This document shows, piece by piece, positions 8,263 through 14,643 of a DNA stretch of 19,510 nt (position 1 is the first letter of the stretch; each line of letters begins with the position of its first letter). The notes under the pieces were generated by a model. The model made no database searches and was not told the origin of the DNA. It worked only from the letters and a program-made list of their open reading frames with translations. Location of the stretch: the NCBI GenBank assembly GCA_963793305.1, contig CAWBZV010000018.1, positions 1-19,510 on the forward strand, given 5' to 3'. The translations under genes were made by a program, and so were the position numbers. The stretch is from an uncultured Gemmatimonadales bacterium (GTDB lineage: Bacteria > Gemmatimonadota > Gemmatimonadetes > Gemmatimonadales > Gemmatimonadaceae).

Positions 8263-8940
8263 TTAGTGGGTGTGGGGTGCGTTGACGTCAGTGCCGTCCG
8301 ACCACTGACCCATGGGGACGTTGAACTCGATCATTGGTACCGGAGCGAAAGACGCCGAGAAGATCGGAGAGTCCGTCAGGTCTGCGCCCCACGCCTTGGC
8401 GTCGATGCTGGGAAGCTCGAACATCAGGTGGGCGAGGTTATGGCCGCCCCGATCGGTCAGGTACGCTTGCTTGGACAGCATGTAGGTCATCGCACCCGAC
8501 TCGGGGGCACCCAGTTCTTTCTTGGCGAGGGCGCTCTTGATCCCATCGTCGATCTGGGTTTTGGAGTAGCCGGCCAACGCCATGCCGGCCTCTTTGAGAT
8601 AAAAAGGCAGGACCGACCGCGCGGCTGGTGGGTTGAGGCACGCGGGGCTCCGATTTTTTGGATTCCAGAACTCCGGGTTGCTCAATGGCCCGGTCCACGC
8701 TCTGCCCACCAAGCAGACGAACCCGTTCTTGCCTTGCACCGCCATCTCATAGTTCTTCTCTCCCAACACCAAGACCTCCGCGTCGCGTGAGATCGACGCC
8801 GGGGCGGCCGTGCGAGCAAGCGCAATCTCTGCATCGCGAGGCATCCGGTATTGCTCGATGGGCGCCATGCTGGGGTACGGTTGTCCCTGGATCGGCGACG
8901 CGGCGATCAACACTGCGATTCCCCATACGATTCGTTTCAC
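8263..8940 (-). CDS. Uncharacterised exported protein, paralog 2
   Basis: ACAGGAG SD, then GTG 8940: (M)KRIVWGIAVLIAASPIQG signal peptide, followed by QPYPSMAPIEQY...EFWNPKNRSPACLNPPAARS...YMLSKQAYLTDRGGHNLAHLMF...WSDG. Confidence 0.9.
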   Translation of the reverse strand: MKRIVWGIAVLIAASPIQGQPYPSMAPIEQYRMPRDAEIALARTAAPASISRDAEVLVLGEKNYEMAVQGKNGFVCLVGRAWTGPLSNPEFWNPKNRSPACLNPPAARSVLPFYLKEAGMALAGYSKTQIDDGIKSALAKKELGAPESGAMTYMLSKQAYLTDRGGHNLAHLMFELPSIDAKAWGADLTDSPIFSASFAPVPMIEFNVPMGQWSDGTDVNAPHTH

Positions 8941-8969
8941 GATCGTCTCCTGTAGTGTGACGCTTCGTT

Positions 8970-9000
8970 CGATAGTCGCCGGAGACTGACGAAATGGACA
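8970..9000 (-). promoter_or_regulatory. Putative ECF42-type promoter (class A2)
   Basis: Minus strand TGTCCA-N16-CGACTATCG; both boxes are identical to the copy at 903-934 while most of the spacer differs. Confidence 0.7.
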
Positions 9001-9032
9001 TCGCGCCGTCGGCGGTGGTGCAGAAAAGTGAA

Positions 9033-9062
9033 TTCGAACCTTTTGGTCATCCGAGATCACTT
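9033..9062 (+). promoter_or_regulatory. Putative ECF promoter (class B3)
   Basis: TTCGAACCTTTTGG (identical to 2619-2632)...GATCACTT: AACC (9037-9040)-N14-GATCAC (9055-9060). Confidence 0.6.
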
Positions 9063-9093
9063 CTTACTGAGCCGATGCTACGGAGGAGGGAGC

Positions 9094-10392
9094 GTGGTGG
9101 TGTCCGAGCGAGATCGGGTGCGCGCGATCGTCGAGGCGATTTATCGCACGGACTCGCGTCGCGTCCTTGCCACGCTCATCGATCTCCTGGGCGACTTCGA
9201 TCGCGCCGAGGAAGCGATGCACGATGCGTTCGCTGTGGCGGTGGAACAGTGGCCGCATCAGGGGATGCCCGCGCACCCCCGTGCGTGGCTGATATCAACG
9301 GGGCGATTCAAGGCCATCGACAAGCTGCGGCGTCGGGCGCGCATCGATGCGTCGCTCGCCGAGTTTGCGTGGCGACTGGAGCAGGAGACGATCGACGTGG
9401 CGGACCGGGACGACGATGAGCCAATCCCGGACGACGAGCGCATCCCGGACGACGAGTGGATTCCGGACGACCGGTTGCGGGTGATCTTCACCTGTTGTCA
9501 CCCCGCGTTGCCGCCGGACGCCCAGATCGCGCTGACGCTCCGCGAAGTCTGCGGCCTCACCACGGAGGAGATCGCACGCGCGTTCCTCACGACCGCGCCC
9601 ACGATGGCGAAGCGCATCGCGCGCGCCAAAGCGAAGATCCGCGACGCGCGCATTCCCTACGCATTTCCATCAGCAACCGATGTGGCCGAACGATTGGATG
9701 TCGTGCTGCGCGTGATCTATCTGATGTTCACCGAGGGATACGCGGCATCCTCGGGTGCATCGTTGACGCGGCCGGTGCTGACCGGCGAGGCCATTCGTCT
9801 CGGACGACTGCTGGTCGAGTTGCTGCCGGAGAGCGAAGTGCAAGGACTCCTGGCGCTGATGCTCCTTCAGGAGTCGCGGTCCAGCGCGCGGACCTCGCCG
9901 CAAGGCGAGCTGGTGTCACTCGACGATCAGGACCGCTCGCTCTGGAAACGCGATCTCATCGATGAGGGCGTCGCGCTGGTGGAGCGCTCACTCGGGTCCC
10001 GCCGGTTCGGCCCCTACACATTGCAGGCCGCGATCGCCGCCGTGCATGCGGAAGCGTCCAGCGCGGCCGCGACGGACTGGAAGCAAATCGTGGGACTCTA
10101 CGATGTGTTGCAGCGCGCGAGTCCTTCACCGGTCGCGGAATTGAACCGGGCCGTGGCGATCGCGAAGCGCGACTCGCCGGACGCCGGCCTCACGCTCATC
10201 GACGCGATTCTCTCGCGCGGCGATCTCCACGACTATTACCTCGCGCACGCCGCGCGGGCCGACCTCTGCCGGCGACTCGGCAGGCGAGCCGAGGCTCGCG
10301 AGTCGTATGCGAAAGCCCTCCGCCTGGCTCGGCCGGAGCCGGTGCGGCGGTTTCTGACGAAGCGATTGAATGCCTTGGCGGAAGGCGGGTGA
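9094..10392 (+). CDS. ECF42-type sigma factor, close paralog of 1340-2605
   Basis: Same motifs as 1340-2605 with long identical peptide stretches. SD GGAGGAGG precedes a GTG GTG GTG run (9094/9097/9100), so the exact start is uncertain. Confidence 0.93.
   Translation: MVVSERDRVRAIVEAIYRTDSRRVLATLIDLLGDFDRAEEAMHDAFAVAVEQWPHQGMPAHPRAWLISTGRFKAIDKLRRRARIDASLAEFAWRLEQETIDVADRDDDEPIPDDERIPDDEWIPDDRLRVIFTCCHPALPPDAQIALTLREVCGLTTEEIARAFLTTAPTMAKRIARAKAKIRDARIPYAFPSATDVAERLDVVLRVIYLMFTEGYAASSGASLTRPVLTGEAIRLGRLLVELLPESEVQGLLALMLLQESRSSARTSPQGELVSLDDQDRSLWKRDLIDEGVALVERSLGSRRFGPYTLQAAIAAVHAEASSAAATDWKQIVGLYDVLQRASPSPVAELNRAVAIAKRDSPDAGLTLIDAILSRGDLHDYYLAHAARADLCRRLGRRAEARESYAKALRLARPEPVRRFLTKRLNALAEGG
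9412..9471 (+). repeat. 18-bp in-frame tandem repeat (DDExIP x3) in the sigma2-sigma4 linker
   Basis: GACGATGAGCCAATCCCG / GACGACGAGCGCATCCCG / GACGACGAGTGGATTCCG / GACGAC. The paralog has a single unit (1661-1678). Confidence 0.9.
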
Positions 10393-10438
10393 CTTAGTAT
10401 CGTCCCTATGTGAGTCGCTTCTGGCAGGATGCCCGTCT

Positions 10439-10603
10439 GGCGCTGCCGTGATCGCCTCGCTGCTCTTCGAGGTGAGCCCGACGGATCCGCTGGCGCTCAT
10501 CGGCGCCTGCGCGCTCTTGCTCGCCGTCGCGGCGATCGCCGCGTACGTACCGGCCTATCACGCGAGCCGGGTCGACCCGGCTCGCGCCCTCCAGGCCAAC
10601 TAG
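10439..10603 (+). pseudogene. C-terminal remnant of a MacB/FtsX-like (ADOP-type) ABC permease
   Basis: IASLLFEVSPTDPLALIGACALLLAVAAIAAYVPAYHASRVDPARALQAN* matches the typical permease tail LLF.VSP.DP....A.Y.PA.RA.RVDP..AL. Only about 55 codons remain, with no credible start. Confidence 0.8.
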
Positions 10604-10605
10604 GG

Positions 10606-11355
10606 TTACTGAGCAGACGCCTTTGCCGCACGCTCGATCAAGCGCGCCACGGCATTGGGCTTGGCGACGTAGACCGCGTGGCTGGCGGGAACTTCGATCG
10701 TTTCGCTGCCGGCCCGCTTGGCCATGTTGCGCTCGAGATCGGGATTGATGTTGTGGTCGCGAGTCGCGACTAGCGCCCAGCTCTTCTTCTGGTGCCAGGC
10801 GGCCGACGTCACCGGGGCGCCGCCGGCGGCCTTGGCCAGCATCGCCTGGGAATGTGCCATGAAGCTCGCCTGGGCCGGCGGGAGGTCGGCAGCGAAATCG
10901 CCGGGGAACGCGTCCGGATCGAGGTACAGAAAATCGTCCTTGGTGGCGCGCATGTCGTTGTTGGCGGCGGGCATTGTCGAGAGCAGGCTGACGGCACTCT
11001 CGCCTTGGTCGGGGATGAAGGCGGCAATGTAGACGAGGCCGACGACGTTCGGCGCATTGCCCGCTTCGGTGATGACCACCCCGCCATAGCTGTGGCCGAC
11101 CAGAATGGTGGGCCCTTGTTGCAGGTCCAGCACGCGTTTGGTCGCCGCGGCGTCGTCGGCGAGTGATGTCAGCGGCTCCTGCACCACGCTGACCGTATAG
11201 CCGTCCTTCCGAAGAATGTCGGCGACGCCCTGCCATCCGGAACCGTCGGCGAAGGCCCCGTGGACGAGGACGACGTTCTTGACCGGCTGGGCCCGCGCCG
11301 GGGCGACGGCAGCTGACAGAAGCGCGACCGCCGCGGCAATAGATGTACGCTGCAT
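10606..11355 (-). CDS. Exported alpha/beta hydrolase (esterase-like)
   Basis: ATG 11355; signal peptide ending ARA-Q; VVLVHGAFADGSGW; nucleophile elbow GHSYGG; candidate catalytic D (TRDHNI) and H (ASHAV). Confidence 0.92.
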   Translation of the reverse strand: MQRTSIAAAVALLSAAVAPARAQPVKNVVLVHGAFADGSGWQGVADILRKDGYTVSVVQEPLTSLADDAAATKRVLDLQQGPTILVGHSYGGVVITEAGNAPNVVGLVYIAAFIPDQGESAVSLLSTMPAANNDMRATKDDFLYLDPDAFPGDFAADLPPAQASFMAHSQAMLAKAAGGAPVTSAAWHQKKSWALVATRDHNINPDLERNMAKRAGSETIEVPASHAVYVAKPNAVARLIERAAKASAQ

Positions 11356-11358
11356 TGG

Positions 11359-11376
11359 TTTAACCTGTAGGTTGAA
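11359..11376. promoter_or_regulatory. Palindromic operator, probably for the adjacent ArsR-family repressor
   Basis: TTTAACCT-GT-AGGTTGAA with a perfect AACCT/AGGTT core, 3 nt from the hydrolase start. A degenerate copy, AAACCTTTGGGTAAA, lies at 11416-11430. Confidence 0.65.
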
Positions 11377-11402
11377 TGAGTATCGATGAATAACCGTGCG
11401 CA

Positions 11403-11432
11403 TTGACAGATTGTGAAACCTTTGGGTAAACT
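11403..11432 (+). promoter_or_regulatory. Sigma70-type promoter, leaderless arsR-family transcript
   Basis: TTGACA (11403-11408)-N18-TAAACT (11427-11432); ATG 11439 follows 6 nt later with no SD. Confidence 0.65.
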
Positions 11433-11438
11433 TTTTTC

Positions 11439-11792
11439 ATGAAAGACGCCGCTTCGCGCGCCGCGCGTCTCGACGCGGTATTCGTCGCGTTGGCCGATCC
11501 GACGCGGCGGGCGATTCTCGAACGGCTCTCGCAGAGCGAGGCGCGCGTGACCGATGTGGCGGCGCCCTTCCCCATGTCGTTGACCGCGGTGTCGAAACAC
11601 ATCCGCGTGCTGGAAGCGAGCGGCATGGTCGAGCGGCACAGGAGAGGGCGCGACCAGATTCTCTCCATCAATACTCGTTCGCTAGACGAGGTCGATGGCT
11701 GGATCGCTCGGATGCGCCGCTATTGGGAGGAGCGGTTGAGCGCCATGGAGCATCTGCTGCGCGAGCTCAAGACGGATCGCAAGCGTGGCTAG
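11439..11792 (+). CDS. ArsR/SmtB-family transcriptional regulator
   Basis: LDAVFVALADPTRRAILERL...V..VA.PFPMSLTAVSKHIRVLEASGMV.R...GR; C-terminal W...R.YWEERL typical of SRPBCC-linked members. Confidence 0.95.
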   Translation: MKDAASRAARLDAVFVALADPTRRAILERLSQSEARVTDVAAPFPMSLTAVSKHIRVLEASGMVERHRRGRDQILSINTRSLDEVDGWIARMRRYWEERLSAMEHLLRELKTDRKRG

Positions 11793-12222
11793 CGGTGACG
11801 CGACGGGCCCGGTCGTGCGGATACGCCGGCGCGTCAAGGCCGGGGCGGAGGAGATCTTCGACCTGTGGACCAAACCCGAGTTGATGGCTCGGTGGATGTC
11901 TCCCTATCCGGGCACGGTCCATTGCCAGGCGAGTTGTGACCCCCGCCCCGGCGGAGCCTTCAGCCTGGTCATGTCATTGGAGGAATCGAGCCGCGAAGTA
12001 TCTGGCACCTATATGGAAGTCGACCGACCGCGCAAGCTGGTGTTCACGTGGAGTGGCCCGCTCACGAACAACGTGAAGACGTTGGTCACCGTCGAGCTCA
12101 TTCCGCACGGCGATGAGACCGAGCTCGTGCTCACCCATGAGCGTCTTCCGACGTTGGCGATTTGTGAAGGTCACACGAAGGGCTGGGGAAATATTTTGGA
12201 CCATCTCTCGGACATGGCGTGA
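11785..12222 (+). CDS. SRPBCC / AHSA1-like ligand-binding protein
   Basis: IFDLWTKPELMARW, DPRPGGAF, GTYMEVDRPRKLVFTW, TLVTVEL...TELVLTHE, H..GW..IL..L; overlaps the arsR-family stop. Confidence 0.93.
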   Translation: MASGDATGPVVRIRRRVKAGAEEIFDLWTKPELMARWMSPYPGTVHCQASCDPRPGGAFSLVMSLEESSREVSGTYMEVDRPRKLVFTWSGPLTNNVKTLVTVELIPHGDETELVLTHERLPTLAICEGHTKGWGNILDHLSDMA

Positions 12223-12228
12223 ACGCGC

Positions 12229-12918
12229 TCAGTGTGCAGCCGACGCGGTGATATCCGTTCCGTCCGACCACTGACCCACGGGAACGTTGAACTCGATCAC
12301 CGGCGCTGGATCCCAGGACACGAAATAGTTAGGGTCGTCCTGCAATACGCCGTTGCGTGGAAGCTCAAACATCACGTGGGCCAGATTATGGCCACCGCGA
12401 TCGGTCAGGTACGCTTCCTTGGACATCATGTAGGCCATGGATCCCGTCTCCGGAACGCCCAGCTCTTTCTTGGCGACCGCAGTCTTGATCGCCTCGACGA
12501 TTTGGGCTTTCGAGGCGCCAGCCAATGCCATCCCGGCCTCTTTCACGGCATACGGCCAGAGGGACCGCGCGGCAGGCGGATTCCAGCATATGGGGCTCCG
12601 ATTTTTTGGATTCCAAAACTCCGGGTTGTTCAATGGCCCCGCAAATGCTCTGCCCACCACACAGAGGAAACCGTTCTTGCCTTTGACCGCGGTTTCGAAG
12701 TTCTTCTGTCCCAGCACCAAGATCTCGGCATCGCGTGATATCGACGCGGGGGCCGCGGTGCGTGCCAGCGCGATTTCTGCGTCACGGTCCATCCGGTATT
12801 GCTCGATCGGCGCCATGGTGGGATACGGTGATTTGGTATCCTGCATTTTTGTGTCCTGCGCCTGAATCGGCCACGCGCCGCCCAGCACGGCGACCAGCAC
12901 CACATGTCGGAGCATCAT
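12229..12918 (-). CDS. Uncharacterised exported protein, paralog 3
   Basis: ACAGGAG SD; signal peptide MMLRHVVLVAVLGGAWPIQA; same family motifs through WSDG. Confidence 0.92.
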   Translation of the reverse strand: MMLRHVVLVAVLGGAWPIQAQDTKMQDTKSPYPTMAPIEQYRMDRDAEIALARTAAPASISRDAEILVLGQKNFETAVKGKNGFLCVVGRAFAGPLNNPEFWNPKNRSPICWNPPAARSLWPYAVKEAGMALAGASKAQIVEAIKTAVAKKELGVPETGSMAYMMSKEAYLTDRGGHNLAHVMFELPRNGVLQDDPNYFVSWDPAPVIEFNVPVGQWSDGTDITASAAH

Positions 12919-12944
12919 TTTGTCTCCTGTTGATGTGATTTCGG

Positions 12945-12977
12945 AAATGGGTGCTCCGGCACACGGAAAAGGTTGGA
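12945..12977 (-). promoter_or_regulatory. Putative ECF promoter (class B4)
   Basis: Minus strand TCCAACCTTTT...GAGCACCCATTT: AACC-N14-GAGCAC. It shares TCCAACCTTTT and CACCCATTT at identical spacing with the copy at 967-999. Confidence 0.6.
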
Positions 12978-13011
12978 GCGTCGGCCAATGAATGCGAAAC
13001 TCACACAGAAC

Positions 13012-14277
13012 TCACACAATCGCGAGACGATCGAGCTCGCGTCGCATGAGTTTGGCTTCGGCAATCGAATTGGCGAGGGCGATGGCACGGTTGAGTGCAT
13101 CGCGCGCCTCGTCGAGCCTATTGAGTTCTTTCAGCAGCGCGCCGCGCAGCCCGTGCAAATAGAAGTACGTCGCCAGCTCGCGTTGCAACGGGTCGATCAT
13201 CGCGAGTGCCGCCTCGGCACCGTGCAGCTTCCACACGGCCACGGCTCGATTGAGCGTGACCACGGGTGATGGTTGCAGCGCCTCGAGCGCCTGATACAGC
13301 GAGTCGATCTCTTTCCACAACGTGTCTTCGGGTCGGCTCGCGCGGGCATGGAGCGCCGCAATGGCGGCCTGGAGTTGGTACGGACCCGGGTCCTGGTAGA
13401 CGGAGGCTCTTTCCAGTAACAGCCGCCCTTCATCAATGAGCGCCCGATTCCAGCGACTCCGATCCTGCTCGTCGAGCACGACGATCTCGCCATTCGCGTC
13501 GAAGCGTGCCGGCGCGCGGGACTGCTGCAGCAGCATAAACGCCAGAAGTCCCAAGACCTCTGGATCGGTTGGGAAAACGCTCAATAAGAGGCGCCCCAAG
13601 CGAATGGCTTCTTCCGCAAGCGCTTCGCGCGCCGCGGCGGTGTCCGGCGTGCTCCCATAGCCTTCATTGAAGACGAGATAGATCATCGTCGAAACGGCCG
13701 CGAGTCGCGCTCTCCGCTCGGAGGCGCCGGGCGTGTCGAAGTCGACGCCAACCTCCGCAATCGCCCGCTTGGCGCGGGTGATCCGCTGCTCCATCGCCGC
13801 GGGAGACACCAGGAATGCCTTGGCGATCTGCTTGACCGTGAGCCCAGACACGAGGCGAAGGGCGAGGGCAATTTGCTGGGTCGCGGGCAAGGTGGGGTGC
13901 CCGCACACGAACAACAGCCGCAGGATGTCGTCTCCGTAGTCGCTCTCGTCGAGGCGTTCCAGAGTCAGGTCGTCGCGGGCGTCCGTGAGGGCATCAGCGT
14001 CGGGTAAGGGTTCGATGGAGCGCGTACGGCGCTGAGCGTCCAAGGCCGCATTGCGCCCGACCATAATGAGCCACCCAGTGGGGTCTCGGGGCGGGCCTTT
14101 CTGGGGCCAGGTCACGAGAGCCCGAAGGCAGGCTTCCTGAAAAGCCTCCTCAGCGGTGTCCAAATCACGGAAGTACCGCAGAAGGGCCGCAATGGCTTTC
14201 GGCCGGGCCCCCAAAATCGCTATGTCAATGTCGGCTGGGAGACCCTCAGGGCGTCCTTGAAGCAGAATCCACCCCAA
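13012..14277 (-). CDS. ECF42-type sigma factor, divergent third paralog
   Basis: ARPKAIAALLRYFRDLDTAEEAFQEACLRAL..WP..GPPRDP, DDILRLLFVCGHP.L, IALALRLVSGLTVKQIAKAF, YLVFNEGY, QDRSRWN, GPYQLQAAIAALH, SPVVTLNRAVAV. No N-terminal ATG; start uncertain (TTG 14277 or TTG 14214). Confidence 0.9.
   Translation of the reverse strand: MGWILLQGRPEGLPADIDIAILGARPKAIAALLRYFRDLDTAEEAFQEACLRALVTWPQKGPPRDPTGWLIMVGRNAALDAQRRTRSIEPLPDADALTDARDDLTLERLDESDYGDDILRLLFVCGHPTLPATQQIALALRLVSGLTVKQIAKAFLVSPAAMEQRITRAKRAIAEVGVDFDTPGASERRARLAAVSTMIYLVFNEGYGSTPDTAAAREALAEEAIRLGRLLLSVFPTDPEVLGLLAFMLLQQSRAPARFDANGEIVVLDEQDRSRWNRALIDEGRLLLERASVYQDPGPYQLQAAIAALHARASRPEDTLWKEIDSLYQALEALQPSPVVTLNRAVAVWKLHGAEAALAMIDPLQRELATYFYLHGLRGALLKELNRLDEARDALNRAIALANSIAEAKLMRRELDRLAIV
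14229..14255 (+). promoter_or_regulatory. Putative ECF42-type promoter (class A3)
   Basis: TGTCGG (14229-14234)-N17-CGTC (14252-14255) upstream of the DGPF gene at 14292. Confidence 0.55.
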
Positions 14278-14291
14278 GCAGGAGATGCCTA

Positions 14292-14642
14292 ATGAGAGTC
14301 ATGGTATTTGGTAAAGCGACCAAGGACACTGAAGCCGAGGTGCCGCCCGATCCGCAGATGATCGAGGCAATGGACAAGTATAACCAGGCCCTCATCGCGG
14401 CCGGCATCCTCAAGGACGGCGGCGGACTCAAGCCAACCCGCTTTGCCAAGCGCGTGCATTTCTCAGGGAAGAACCGCACCGTGATCGACGGTCCATTTGC
14501 CGAGACGAAGGATGTGATCGCGGGCTACATGGTGTGGGAGGTGAAGTCCATCGAAGAAGCCATCGAATGGGTGAAGAAGGGCCCCGTCGCATCGGGTTCC
14601 GACGTTGAGATTCGTCCACTGTACTCGCCGGACGACTTTTAA
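14292..14642 (+). CDS. YCII-related / DGPFAETKE-family protein
   Basis: CAGGAG SD; MRVMVFGKAT...M.KYN..L..AGIL..GGGLKPT..AKRV.FSG..RTVIDGPFAETKDVIAGY..WEVKS.EEAIEWVK...VEIRP. Confidence 0.95.
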   Translation: MRVMVFGKATKDTEAEVPPDPQMIEAMDKYNQALIAAGILKDGGGLKPTRFAKRVHFSGKNRTVIDGPFAETKDVIAGYMVWEVKSIEEAIEWVKKGPVASGSDVEIRPLYSPDDF

Positions 14643-14643
14643 C

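Noticed and set aside
8941..9093. Longer ORF-track starts (9060 minus, 9028 plus; likewise 918, 11403, 14605, 15435)
   Set aside because: The extensions run through promoter motifs or neighbouring features. Downstream starts have SDs, signal peptides or match paralog N-termini.
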